64,000 nucleotides of DNA, taken from NCBI GenBank assembly GCA_003551705.1, contig PUNJ01000013.1, forward strand, positions 7,558-71,557. The letters run 5' to 3'. The notes under the pieces were generated by a model that did no database searches, was not told the DNA's origin, and saw only the letters and a list, made by a program, of their open reading frames with translations. Below, one piece after another: positions 53,947-63,979 of the stretch (position 1 is the first letter of the stretch; each line of letters begins with the position of its first letter). A program made the position numbers and the translations under genes. The DNA comes from Chloroflexota bacterium (GTDB taxonomy: Bacteria > Chloroflexota > Dehalococcoidia > UBA2247 > RBG-13-53-26).

Positions 53947-55341
53947 ATGTCAGAAAGTAAAAAGCTGTTGCGCGGCAGGTTTCGCAAGGATGCTGCCAGG
54001 CTGGTAAAGCAGTTCACTGCTTCTGTCGACTACGACCGCCGACTCTACCGGCAAGATATTGCCGGTAGCATCACTCATGCCAGGATGCTGGCCAAGCAGG
54101 GTATAATCACGGACGAGGAAGCGGAGACGATTACTACAGGGCTGGTAGCCATTCGTGAGGAGATCGAGCACGGTCTGCTGGAATTCGATAGCGAGCTTGA
54201 GGATATTCACATGAATATTGAGGCCAGGCTGGCGGGGAAGATAGGAGACGTAGCCGGTAAGTTGCATACTGCCCGCTCCCGGAATGATCAGGTCGCTCTT
54301 GATATCCGGCTGTACATGAAGGATGCCATCAGCAGTGCTCTGCACAGGTTGAGGGAACTGCAGACGGTGCTTGTGGACCTGGCCGAGTCAAACCGGGAAG
54401 TCGTGATGCCGGGTTACACGCACTTGCAGCGGGCCCAGCCCGTCATGTTTGCACATCACTTGTTGGCCTACTTCGAAATGCTGGAAAGGGACATTGGGCG
54501 CTTTCTGGACTGCCTCAAGCGTACGGATGTCTTGCCATTGGGTAGCGGAGCCTTGGCCGGGGTGCCGTATCCCGTTGATCGCACATTCCTGGCCCAGGAG
54601 CTTGGTTTTGGCCACATAAGCCAGAACAGCATGGACGCAGTTTCCGACCGAGACTTCGTCGTAGAATATCAAGCTGTTACCTGCATAGTCATGATGCATC
54701 TTTCCCGGTTGGCGGAGGAGCTCATACTCTGGTCGTCCGCGGAGTTTGCTTTTGTGGAAATGAATGATGCCTATGCTACAGGGTCGAGTATCATGCCTCA
54801 GAAGAAGAACCCTGATGTTGCTGAACTGGTCCGGGGAAAGACAGGTCGGGTGTACGGTAATCTCATGGGCATCCTCACAGTCATGAAGGGACTGCCTCTC
54901 ACCTATAATCGTGATTTACAGGAAGACAAAGAGGGCTTTTTCGATACGGTTGACACGCTTGCCGTGGTCCTGGATGTCTTCAACGGCATGTTGCGCACCA
55001 TGCGAGTCTTCCCGGACCGTGCTGAGCAGGCCGCCAAAGAAAGCTATGCTCTGGCAACGGACTTTGCTGATTACCTGGTCCGAAAAGGGCTTCCGTTTCG
55101 GCAGGCATATACGATCGTCGGGGGGCTGGTAGACCATGCCATGGCGGAAGGTCTTGGGCTGGATGAGATCGACATAAGCACGCTTCGGAGCTTCTCGCCG
55201 CTTTTCGAAGAGGATATCCGCCGGATCGATACGATGGCCTCAGTGAATGCCAGGAATTGCATTGGCGGTACAGCCTCTGAGCAAGTGGCTGCTCAACTGG
55301 TCAGGGCAAGGGATATCATAGAGGGCGGATATGTCGATTAA
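53947..55341 (+). CDS. argH: Argininosuccinate lyase
   Basis: Fumarate-lyase signature GSSIMPQKKNPDVAE, with a typical ArgH N-terminus. Confidence 0.95.
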   Translation: MSESKKLLRGRFRKDAARLVKQFTASVDYDRRLYRQDIAGSITHARMLAKQGIITDEEAETITTGLVAIREEIEHGLLEFDSELEDIHMNIEARLAGKIGDVAGKLHTARSRNDQVALDIRLYMKDAISSALHRLRELQTVLVDLAESNREVVMPGYTHLQRAQPVMFAHHLLAYFEMLERDIGRFLDCLKRTDVLPLGSGALAGVPYPVDRTFLAQELGFGHISQNSMDAVSDRDFVVEYQAVTCIVMMHLSRLAEELILWSSAEFAFVEMNDAYATGSSIMPQKKNPDVAELVRGKTGRVYGNLMGILTVMKGLPLTYNRDLQEDKEGFFDTVDTLAVVLDVFNGMLRTMRVFPDRAEQAAKESYALATDFADYLVRKGLPFRQAYTIVGGLVDHAMAEGLGLDEIDISTLRSFSPLFEEDIRRIDTMASVNARNCIGGTASEQVAAQLVRARDIIEGGYVD

Positions 55342-55996
55342 GCTGGCCCCATCCATACTTTCGGCGGATTTTGCCAGGCTTGGCGAACAGGTAATAGCCG
55401 CCGATCAGGCGGGCGCCGATTACATACATATCGATGTCATGGACGGTTGCTTTGTGCCTAACATAACTGTGGGTGCCATGGTAGTCAAATCTGTGCGAAA
55501 TTGGACCAAGCTTCCCCTTGATGTCCACTTAATGGTCAGAGAACCTATTAACCATATACCACAGTTCGTCGAGGCCGGCGCTGACATAGTCACGGTCCAT
55601 GCTGAGGCCTGCAGTCATCTTCACAGGACATTGCAGCGGATACGCGAGGAAAAAATCAGGGCGGGGGTTGCATTGAACCCGGCGACACCGGTTACTTGTC
55701 TCGAGGAGGTATTGCCTTTACTGGATATGATAGTGGTTATGACTGTAAACCCCGGCTTCGGAGGGCAACCCTTCCTGGCTGAAATGCTTGATAAAGTCAA
55801 ACGCCTGAGGGTGTTGCTGGATAGTAAGCATCATAATGCCGAGTTGGAAGTAGATGGAGGGATTACTTCTGTTACGGCACCGCAAGCAGTCAGAGCAGGA
55901 GCAAGGGTGCTGGTAGCTGGAGCTGCCGTTTTTGGCACAACTGAAGGTATTGGCGAAGCCCTGCAACGTATTCGAATGGGCACCCTGTCGGTATGA
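55331..55996 (+). CDS. rpe: Ribulose-phosphate 3-epimerase
   Basis: LAPSILSADFARLGE...HIDVMDG.FVPN...VMTVNPGFGGQ. Confidence 0.9.
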   Translation: MSIKLAPSILSADFARLGEQVIAADQAGADYIHIDVMDGCFVPNITVGAMVVKSVRNWTKLPLDVHLMVREPINHIPQFVEAGADIVTVHAEACSHLHRTLQRIREEKIRAGVALNPATPVTCLEEVLPLLDMIVVMTVNPGFGGQPFLAEMLDKVKRLRVLLDSKHHNAELEVDGGITSVTAPQAVRAGARVLVAGAAVFGTTEGIGEALQRIRMGTLSV

Positions 55997-56001
55997 AAAG
56001 G

Positions 56002-56187
56002 CTATTGCGCAACCTTGCGCTGGGTACGCAGGCAGCGAGAACAGATCTTTGCGCGTCTCTCTTGGCCGGACACTACCGTAAAGGACTTGCGAATGTTGGG
56101 CTTCCAGCTTCGCTTCGTATGCCGTTTGGAGTGACTGACGTTGAACCCGGTCTGGGGTCCTTTTCCACATATTTCGCACTTAGCCAT
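56002..56187 (-). CDS. rpmB: 50S ribosomal protein L28 (Cys-containing form)
   Basis: MAKCEICGKGPQTGFNVSHSKRHTKRSWKPNI... GGAGAA RBS before ATG 56187. Confidence 0.85.
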   Translation of the reverse strand: MAKCEICGKGPQTGFNVSHSKRHTKRSWKPNIRKSFTVVSGQERRAKICSRCLRTQRKVAQ

Positions 56188-56267
56188 CTTTTCTCCAGAA
56201 TCTTGCGAATGATTAGTCTTCGTGTTGTTGGCACTAACCAATCTATAATACTAGGAGAGGTCCAGTA

Positions 56268-57929
56268 ATGCAAGATGTTGATTCGGCCTCCCGAACGGCG
56301 GTGGAAATGCGGTACAATGGCCGCGACCTGAGAGAGATGTTCTTTAGTGCCGCCAACTGGTTGGAGAGAAGCGTCTATGATATAAATTCCCTGAATGTTT
56401 TCCCGGTCCCCGACGGTGACTGCGGTACGAACATGCTTCTGACTCTGCGTTCCACTACAGAGGAAACCTATCGTGCTCCAGACTGTAATACCTCAGGTGT
56501 GGCGCATGCCATGGCACGCGGAGCTCTGATGGGGGCTCGCGGCAACAGCGGTGTAATCCTTTCACAGATATTCCGCGGTATGGCGCAGAAACTGGATGGC
56601 AAGGAATCGTTTGTCGGGAGTGATTTCGCTGCGGCTCTGGTTGAGGGCGCTCAGATAGCTTACAAGGCGCTCAGCCATCCCGTTGAGGGTACCATTCTTA
56701 CAGTGGTCAGGGATGCATCACAAGCGGCGCAGAAAGCATCGGAACAGAGTGAGGACCTGTGTTTAATCATGGAGGCTACAGTGGAGGCCGCCAGGGACTC
56801 GGTCGCCGATACGCCGAATTTGCTTCCCGTCCTACGACATGCCGGTGTCGTAGACGCCGGCGGACAGGGCCTTCTTGTGATTCTGGAGGGGGTACTTCGG
56901 CATTTGAATGGAGAGGCTGAGAGCATGCCGGACAAGAAGGCCGATATAGTTGCCGGCAATGGCGTGCTGGTGGCGGGGGCGCCAAGGTTGTCCATGGATA
57001 CTGAGGAGCCATACGGGTACTGCACCGAGTTCCTGTTAAAGGGAAGAGAAAGACTGAACAAGGAAGAAGTACAGGACAGGCTCTCCAGCCGGGGACGTTG
57101 CCTCATCGTCGTCGGCGAAGAGGACATGGTCCATGTACATATTCATACCTTTGATCCCGGCAAGGTCCTGCAGTATGCAACCTCTCTGGGTACCTTGCAT
57201 GAAATCAAGATAGAGAACATGGACGATCAATACCGGCAGTTTACGGAAGCCGTCCGGGCGGAGGCCCCGGTTGCCAGGGTGGGAACTGTGGCGGTGGTGC
57301 AAGGGGATGGTCTGGCAAAGCTCTTCCAGAGCCTCGGCATCGGTATCCTCGTTTCCGGAGGACAAACGATGAATCCAAGTACGGGAGAGTTGGTGGCTGC
57401 CGTGGAATCAGTTCCCCAGGACAAGGTGATAATTCTGCCCAATAACGTGAACATAGTCCCCGCCGCGAAGCAAGTCAAGTCTCTGACCAGCAAGAAAGTC
57501 CGAGTTGTGCCTACTGTGAGCATACCGCAGGGTATCGCTGCCTTGCTGTCCTTTGGCTTCGACGCCGATTTGGCCGCCAATGCCTCAGCCATGAAAGAGT
57601 CCTCCCTGGCTGTCAAGACCATCGAACTTACCAGGGCGGTGCGGACTGCCCGGATCGACAAGGTCCAAATCAAGGCCGGGCAGATTATGGGCTTCATTGA
57701 TGGCAAACTGGCTTCTGTAGCAGAGTCACCTGAGGAGGCCTTTGATCTTGCCCTGAACGAGTTGGACTTGGCGGGAAGCGAGCTTATCACTCTATATTAC
57801 GGCAATGGCGTGAGCAAGTCCGACGCCGGTAGTATGGCGGACCGGATTCGCCAATCCTGCCCGAGTATGGAGGTTGAGTTGATCCATGGTGGCCAGCCAC
57901 ACTACATGTATATTGCCTCTATAGAGTAA
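56268..57929 (+). CDS. DAK2 domain fusion protein (YloV family)
   Basis: LNVFPVPDGDCGTNM...GARGNSGVILSQ in the N-terminal Dak phosphatase domain, plus the C-terminal YloV-type domain. It sits in the classical position divergent from rpmB. Confidence 0.85.
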   Translation: MQDVDSASRTAVEMRYNGRDLREMFFSAANWLERSVYDINSLNVFPVPDGDCGTNMLLTLRSTTEETYRAPDCNTSGVAHAMARGALMGARGNSGVILSQIFRGMAQKLDGKESFVGSDFAAALVEGAQIAYKALSHPVEGTILTVVRDASQAAQKASEQSEDLCLIMEATVEAARDSVADTPNLLPVLRHAGVVDAGGQGLLVILEGVLRHLNGEAESMPDKKADIVAGNGVLVAGAPRLSMDTEEPYGYCTEFLLKGRERLNKEEVQDRLSSRGRCLIVVGEEDMVHVHIHTFDPGKVLQYATSLGTLHEIKIENMDDQYRQFTEAVRAEAPVARVGTVAVVQGDGLAKLFQSLGIGILVSGGQTMNPSTGELVAAVESVPQDKVIILPNNVNIVPAAKQVKSLTSKKVRVVPTVSIPQGIAALLSFGFDADLAANASAMKESSLAVKTIELTRAVRTARIDKVQIKAGQIMGFIDGKLASVAESPEEAFDLALNELDLAGSELITLYYGNGVSKSDAGSMADRIRQSCPSMEVELIHGGQPHYMYIASIE

Positions 57930-58148
57930 GGGCCGGGGCACGGTAAGATGGCACCGTCAATGTGGAGGACTTGTTCTTGAGGCCGGACCAGAATCGGATT
58001 ACACGTTGTGCTTCTATGCCATTGAAAAGGCCGGCTGGGCCCAGGTGATTGTTATCTCTTCAAATGGGTGTTTGCCGAAAGGGCTTCATATATGGTAAAC
58101 GTATAGTGGGCAATGCCAGCCGGTAACGGAGCGGTCTGCTGGAACCAA

Positions 58149-59069
58149 ATGAGTACTGTAAGAATAGTAACTGACAGCACTGCTGATCTGACACCTGAAA
58201 CAGCCCGACAATACGGTATCACCGTAGTCCCTGCTTACGTTCATTTTGGGAACCAGACCTTCCGGGATGGTATTGATATCAGTGGCGACGAGTTATACCG
58301 CAGGCTGGTGGAAGGTTCTGTCCACCCCACAACGTCCGCCCCATCTCCGGGGGATTTCGAAGAGGTCTTCTCCGAGCTTAGCAGGGATACTAACCAGATA
58401 GTCGTGGTGGTAGTAACTGCCAAAATGAGCGCGATCCACAGCTCGGCCCTGCTGGGAGCTAACTCTTTGGCAGGCAAATGCAGGATCGAAGTTATTGACT
58501 CGAAATCCGTGAGCATGGGACTTGGCTTGATTACTCTGGCGGCAGCTGATGTGGCTAGAGAGGGCGGCAATATCCACGAGGTAGTTGCGGCTGCCAGGGA
58601 AGCCATTCCCTATGTTCACGTATTCGCTATGCTGGACACTCTTAAGTACGCCTTGCGAGGTGGTAGGCTGAACAGGGCATCGCGGCTTCTTGGCTCGGTA
58701 ATAAAAGTCAAACCCCTGATAACTGTGAAGGACGGTGAGGTTGTACCTGCTGGTGTGGTCCGGACACGTGCCAAGGCGGTTGACCGGATTATCGATTTTA
58801 CCAGTAAGAGTTTGCCGTGCATTGATACGGCTATCGTCTTCAATGGCCCAAGAGAAGAAGCGGAAGGTCTTGCAGACCGTTTGGAATCCCGGTGCTCTTT
58901 CAAGATACCGCACATTTCCAGAATTGGTCCGGGTCTTGGTGTGCATGCCGGCCCCGGCACCCTCGGCGTGGCCGTGAGGCTGGACAACAAGGTGGTCCGT
59001 AAAGACAAGCCCGGGGGATCCAAAGACAAGAAACTTGCTTTGCCGTCCTTAAGGGGCCAGCGCAAGTGA
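58149..59069 (+). CDS. DegV family fatty-acid-binding protein with a short basic C-terminal extension
   Basis: VRIVTDSTADL...TTSAPSPGDF are DegV hallmarks. ATG 58149 is preferred. Confidence 0.85.
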   Translation: MSTVRIVTDSTADLTPETARQYGITVVPAYVHFGNQTFRDGIDISGDELYRRLVEGSVHPTTSAPSPGDFEEVFSELSRDTNQIVVVVVTAKMSAIHSSALLGANSLAGKCRIEVIDSKSVSMGLGLITLAAADVAREGGNIHEVVAAAREAIPYVHVFAMLDTLKYALRGGRLNRASRLLGSVIKVKPLITVKDGEVVPAGVVRTRAKAVDRIIDFTSKSLPCIDTAIVFNGPREEAEGLADRLESRCSFKIPHISRIGPGLGVHAGPGTLGVAVRLDNKVVRKDKPGGSKDKKLALPSLRGQRK

Positions 59070-59097
59070 TCCAGCCTGCCTGAATGGAGTATTCCTG

Positions 59098-60753
59098 ATG
59101 ATTAGAAACGAGATATGCCGTGCTGTCGAAGCAGCCGCTTTGGAGGCCCAGCGAAAGGGACTGCTGCCGGATGCTGCTTTGCCGGAGATCACGGTCGAAC
59201 ACCCGCCCGAAAGTCACGGGGATTTTGCCTGTGCTTTTGCTCTGAAGTTTGCCCGAACAGCGCGGCGAAGTCCGATGGACATAGCACGTACAGTCATTGC
59301 CGTGATGCAGGACATTCCTGAAGTCGAAAAAGTGGAGGTTGCAGCACCTGGATTTATCAATTTCACATTGAAGGGTGCGTGGCTGGCAGAGCAGGTGGAC
59401 CAGATACTGCAGCAAGGCGAGAGTTTTGGAAACCTAGACTTGGGCGAGGGAGTGAAAGTACAGCTTGAGTTCGTCAGTGTGAATCCTACTGGACCGCTGC
59501 ATGTTGGACATGGGAGGGGTGCCATCCTGGGGAACACGCTGGCCAATGTTTTGCGGGCAGCAGGGTACTTCGTGGAGAAGGAATACTATGTAAACGACGC
59601 TGGGGCTCAAATGGAGGCCTTCTACAGTTCCCTTTATGTTCGCTACCAGCAGTGTTTCGGAATGGACGCCGAAGTACCCGAAGAGGGTTATCATGGTGAC
59701 TATCTTGTGGATCTGGCTGGGCAGATTGCTGAAGAGAAGGGTGACGTTTTTCTACGGATGTCCCTTGATAAGGCTGTAGCGGAGATTGGTGTCTTAGGTC
59801 TTGACAAGATCATTGAAGGTATCCGTGGTGATCTGGGTCGTTTGGGAGTCGTATTTGACGTCTGGTTCAGCGAGAAAATGCTGTACACCGGGGGGCAGTA
59901 CGAAAGTGCCATGAACTTGATCAGGGAAAAGGGCTACGTGGTTGAGAAGGAAGGCGCCGTCTGGTTCGTTTCCTCCGAGATGGGCGAAGACAAGGACAAT
60001 GTGCTTATACGTTCGAACGGGACACCCACATATTTCGCATCAGACGTGGCCTACCACTATAACAAGTTTGTGCAGCGTAAATTCGATCGTGTCATTAATA
60101 TATGGGGGGCCGACCATCAGGGCCACGTCCCACGTATGAAGGCCGTAATGAGAGCCCTGGACCTGGACCCAGACAGGCTACAGATCATTATCACCCAGAT
60201 GGTTACACTCAAGCGAGGGGATATCGAAATAAAGATATCAAAACGGGCGGGAGACATCATTACATTGAGCGATCTCGTAGACGAGGTTGGGGCCGACGCG
60301 TGCCGTTTCTTCTTTCTTTCTCGATCGTTAGATAGCCAGATGGACTTTGATCTCGAACTGGCCAAGAAGCAGTCTGCGGACAATCCAGTCTATTACGTGC
60401 AGTACGCGCATGCGCGCATAGCCAGCATCCTGCGTCTGGCTCAAGAGAAAGGTATCGGCTTTCAGGATGGAGACGTTTCATTGCTGGTGTCGGATCCTGA
60501 GCTGGCTTACATTCGCAAGATGCTCGAATTTCCGGAAATCGTGGAAATCGTCTCGGACCGGTTGGAGCCGCATCACCTGACTTACTATGCTCAAGACCTG
60601 GCTACCGCCTTCCACAGTTTCTATAAGCAGTGCCGAGTTATTTCGGAAGATCCCAAGTTGACGGCGGCGCGTCTTAAACTGATCCAATCAGCGCGGCTGG
60701 TCTTCGCACGGACTTTGCATCTTATGGGCATGAATGCACCGGACCGGATGTAG
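59098..60753 (+). CDS. argS: Arginine--tRNA ligase
   Basis: Class I HIGH region (NPTGPLHVGHGR) and an anticodon-binding DALR domain. 551 aa. Confidence 0.95.
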   Translation: MIRNEICRAVEAAALEAQRKGLLPDAALPEITVEHPPESHGDFACAFALKFARTARRSPMDIARTVIAVMQDIPEVEKVEVAAPGFINFTLKGAWLAEQVDQILQQGESFGNLDLGEGVKVQLEFVSVNPTGPLHVGHGRGAILGNTLANVLRAAGYFVEKEYYVNDAGAQMEAFYSSLYVRYQQCFGMDAEVPEEGYHGDYLVDLAGQIAEEKGDVFLRMSLDKAVAEIGVLGLDKIIEGIRGDLGRLGVVFDVWFSEKMLYTGGQYESAMNLIREKGYVVEKEGAVWFVSSEMGEDKDNVLIRSNGTPTYFASDVAYHYNKFVQRKFDRVINIWGADHQGHVPRMKAVMRALDLDPDRLQIIITQMVTLKRGDIEIKISKRAGDIITLSDLVDEVGADACRFFFLSRSLDSQMDFDLELAKKQSADNPVYYVQYAHARIASILRLAQEKGIGFQDGDVSLLVSDPELAYIRKMLEFPEIVEIVSDRLEPHHLTYYAQDLATAFHSFYKQCRVISEDPKLTAARLKLIQSARLVFARTLHLMGMNAPDRM

Positions 60754-60769
60754 GCATGGGTCCGGAAGG

Positions 60770-61801
60770 TTAGAGTTTGTTCCGCCGGGCAACCTCTTTG
60801 ATAAAATCTTGAGCGTCCGTGGGTTTTTTGCCAAGGGCGGACCTGCCGAAAGGGTCCTCTACTTTTTGCCTGCCTGAGAGGATTTCCAACGTACCTTTTA
60901 TCGAATGGGCTAGGACTGAAGTGTGATAGCCTCCCTCAAGAGCGAAGACAAGCCGATTATTGCATAGCTTGGCGGCAAGGTCTCGGAGTATTCTTGCCAT
61001 TTCTGCATAACCGGAGACCGTAACCTGCATGGACGAAATAGGATCAGCCCAGTGGGCGTCGTAGCCGGCCGAGACGAGGATCAGTTGGGGCTTGTATCTG
61101 GTGGCTGCCGGCACAACTATACTTCGGAATATTTCCAGATATTCCTCATCCCCGCACCAGGGTGGGAGTGGCACATTTATGATGGTTTCCTTGCCCTTGC
61201 CTGAGCCGGTTTCATGCCAATCGCCGGTCCCGGGATAAAAGGGGAACTGGTGCATGGACAGGTAAAGTACGGCGGGATCGTCATAAAAGGCATCCTGGGT
61301 GCCGTTTCCATGGTGTACGTCGAAGTCCACTATCATGATGCGTTTGATTGCAAGGTTCTTCAATGCATATCTGGCTGCTATTGCTGTGTTGTTAAACAGG
61401 CAGAAGCCCATGGCGCGTTTGGGTGTAGCGTGGTGTCCGGGTGGTCTTACTAGAGCAAAGGCGCTATCGAGTCTGCCTGTCACCACCTCTTCTGTGGCTC
61501 GTATCATGCCTCCCGCTGCCGAGATAGCTGCATCGTAGGATGCTGGAGACGTCACCGTGTCCCCATCGAGCCAGCCTCCCCCGGCTGCCGCCATGGTATC
61601 CACCCGGTCTATGAGGTCCTTATGATGGACCAGCATCAGTTCCTGCATTGTAGCGGGTCGAGGCGAGAGGTCTGTTAATTCGTGGCGGACATTCGAGTCT
61701 TCAAGCAACTTGAGAGTCTCGGTCAACCGCTGTGCGTTCTCTATATGAGGGCCGGTATCGTGCTGCAGGAAAACGGGGTCATACACGAGGCCAACTTTCA
61801 T
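60770..61801 (-). CDS. Histone deacetylase-family enzyme (AcuC/deacetylase-like)
   Basis: RPPGHHA, DFDVHHGNGTQ, and GGYH in EGGYHTSVL. ATG 61801 is preceded by AAGGAG. Confidence 0.85.
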   Translation of the reverse strand: MKVGLVYDPVFLQHDTGPHIENAQRLTETLKLLEDSNVRHELTDLSPRPATMQELMLVHHKDLIDRVDTMAAAGGGWLDGDTVTSPASYDAAISAAGGMIRATEEVVTGRLDSAFALVRPPGHHATPKRAMGFCLFNNTAIAARYALKNLAIKRIMIVDFDVHHGNGTQDAFYDDPAVLYLSMHQFPFYPGTGDWHETGSGKGKETIINVPLPPWCGDEEYLEIFRSIVVPAATRYKPQLILVSAGYDAHWADPISSMQVTVSGYAEMARILRDLAAKLCNNRLVFALEGGYHTSVLAHSIKGTLEILSGRQKVEDPFGRSALGKKPTDAQDFIKEVARRNKL

Positions 61802-62015
61802 GTTTAACTCCTTCGCAACCATCATAACAACTCGATCGAGGCCAGGCAATAGGTGCGGTTGTTTTGTGGCTGAACATAGCTTTTTTCCACAGGCCCCCTG
61901 TTCCAGGAGAGCAGCCTGTTTCTTCGTCTATGCAAGTATGTGGCGGAGACCTCAAGGGCTTCGGCTGTCTCTTCGTTCATGCAAGGATGTGGCCCTGCTT
62001 GCGATTTGAGCATTT

Positions 62016-62564
62016 TCAGGGCCCTGAGAGGACTTCGATAGCCTCCTTGACCGAGGGTGCATAGACCCTCAGGGCCTTGAACACACCCAGGGCGGCCTCG
62101 TGGTCCGCCAGCCGGGGAGAGGAGCAGCAATCGGCTGGTACCATGACCCTGTATCCTAACTCTGCCGCATCGAAGGCCGTTTTCAAAACACACGCCCACG
62201 TAGCTACGCCTGTCACAATCACCGTATCGATGCCTTTCTGGCGCAGGGTAAATTCCAGATCGCTGCCGAAGAAACCGCTTAACATCCTTTTTTCGACGAT
62301 AATATCACCCTGCTGGGGTGCCAGGTCTTCTATCACTCTGACCCCTTCCGTTCCCCTGATGGCACTGATAGGGTGGCCGCCTTTAAAGATGAAGTCGTCC
62401 GGATATCTGCTGTCGCAGGCGAAGACGACCAGGGCTCCGTTCTCCCTCGCTGTCTTTATGAGAAGTTGCAGGTTTGGGATAATTTCCTGGCAGAACCTGC
62501 CTACATTGTCCTTCTGCATATCTACAACAATAACAGCTTTTCCATTTGAAGCTGCCTCGCTCAC
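62016..62564 (-). CDS. Isochorismatase-family cysteine hydrolase
   Basis: Catalytic triad contexts VVDMQ (Asp), EKR (Lys), GVATWACV (Cys). Confidence 0.85.
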   Translation of the reverse strand: MSEAASNGKAVIVVDMQKDNVGRFCQEIIPNLQLLIKTARENGALVVFACDSRYPDDFIFKGGHPISAIRGTEGVRVIEDLAPQQGDIIVEKRMLSGFFGSDLEFTLRQKGIDTVIVTGVATWACVLKTAFDAAELGYRVMVPADCCSSPRLADHEAALGVFKALRVYAPSVKEAIEVLSGP

Positions 62565-62640
62565 TACGCACCTCCTGATCGTTCAGCCTTGATTCAGGGT
62601 TATTGTACTCGCAAATTGCAGGGAAGAACAGGTGGGGACT

Positions 62641-62744
62641 TGTCAACTCACAAAAGATTGCACCGGAGCAGGGGGGGCGTGTCAACTCATATAAAAATGT
62701 TACCGGAGCAAGTTGGTTCACTCATTTAAGAATGTTACCGGGAG
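62641..62744. repeat. Three reiterated about 30-nt subterminal repeats at the 3' side of the transposase gene
   Basis: TGTCAACTCAcaaaagatTGcACCGGAGCA (62641-62670), TGTCAACTCAtataaaaaTGTTACCGGAGCA (62680-62710), GGTTCACTCAtttaagaaTGTTACCGGGAG (62715-62744). A weaker fourth copy lies around 62606-62630. Confidence 0.6.
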
Positions 62745-63979
62745 GCCGTTGCCGCCTCTCTCCTATACGATTGTTTAAGTTCCCTGGGAGTCTCTGTGGC
62801 TTGGGCTGTCTCAGACGGAGTTGATACCCTGGCGGGCGGGCCTTCGAGGTCTCGGTTGGGAGGGGTAGAGCACGGGGGGCCTTGCCACAACTCCTCCAAG
62901 GTGTCATAGATTTGCTGTCTCAACTGACGGGGATTGGTTTGGGCATACAGCGCCGCCAGCTTCATTTCTTGCTCACCTGAAAGCATCCCGGTCGCCTGCA
63001 GCCTCTGGTACGGCGTCTGCGCCTGGTCCCACGTCCGCCGGAGTCTCCCGCCGACCATCTCCTTACCCACCAGGTGCAGCACCGGCTGGAACAGATTGTA
63101 GTACACCCACATCTGGTCATACAGGGCGTTGAGCGACGCGGCCTGTCTCCGGCTGGCCAGCCTTTCGTAGCCCAGATACGCACGTACCAGTGTCGCATTC
63201 TTCTGCTCCACGAAACGGTTGTCGTTCTTTCGATAAGGCCGGCTCCGGCTCAGCCGCAGCCCCGTCATTTCCTCACCAAAATAGCGGATCAGGTGGTTAT
63301 TGAAGAACTCGCTGCCGTTGTCTGGATGAAGATTGGTGATCGGGAAAGGCAGTCGTTCCTGCACTCGCTGGAATCCGGCTACCATGGCTGCCTGGCTGCG
63401 CCCAAATACGGCCACCCGCTCACTCCAACCAGTGGCGATATCCACTAATTGCAGGGTATGCACATACTCGCCATCTGCCACCGGCCCACAATGATGGACC
63501 AGGTCAACCTCAAAGCTGCCCGGAGCAGTTGTCGACCAGCACAAGCGCTCCATTGGCACGTCCCGCAGCAGCCGATTGGGCGGTTGTGGCTTGCGTCGCG
63601 GCAACTTCGGCGTATCCTGCCAAAGACGCTCTAGCAGGCGTTGCACAGTGGCCCGGCTGATGGTCTCCAGTCGTCCTTCTACATCAACCGTGAGCACCAC
63701 ATCTCCCCACTTGGCCAACTGTCGGGCCGTCGGCAGCAATGCCGGAGTCAGTCGCTCGGCACACACATAGTCCAGGCTCTCCCACACCACCCGCACGATG
63801 TCTGCCACTGCCCCTCCGTATTGCCTTCGACGCACTCGTGGCCGCTTCGGTGCTCGGTCGAGGCTGGGCCCGTGTAGCAGCCGCACCAAGCTCTTCCTGT
63901 GCAGCCCCGTCACGGCCTGTATTTCGGTCAACAACTGGCTACGCTCTCCCCTCCCTGCCTTAGCATACCGGGGGGCCAT
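62735..63979 (-). CDS. DDE (rve/integrase-core) transposase with N-terminal HTH
   Basis: Catalytic region with VDLVHH...LHPDNGSEFFN...SRPYRKNDNRFVEQKN. IS family not assigned without a search. Confidence 0.85.
   Translation of the reverse strand: MAPRYAKAGRGERSQLLTEIQAVTGLHRKSLVRLLHGPSLDRAPKRPRVRRRQYGGAVADIVRVVWESLDYVCAERLTPALLPTARQLAKWGDVVLTVDVEGRLETISRATVQRLLERLWQDTPKLPRRKPQPPNRLLRDVPMERLCWSTTAPGSFEVDLVHHCGPVADGEYVHTLQLVDIATGWSERVAVFGRSQAAMVAGFQRVQERLPFPITNLHPDNGSEFFNNHLIRYFGEEMTGLRLSRSRPYRKNDNRFVEQKNATLVRAYLGYERLASRRQAASLNALYDQMWVYYNLFQPVLHLVGKEMVGGRLRRTWDQAQTPYQRLQATGMLSGEQEMKLAALYAQTNPRQLRQQIYDTLEELWQGPPCSTPPNRDLEGPPARVSTPSETAQATETPRELKQSYRREAATASR

Noticed and set aside
56002-56187. 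L28 with CxxC...CxxC zinc-binding motif
   Set aside because: Cys-containing (C+) forms of L28 are well known, so this is not novel.
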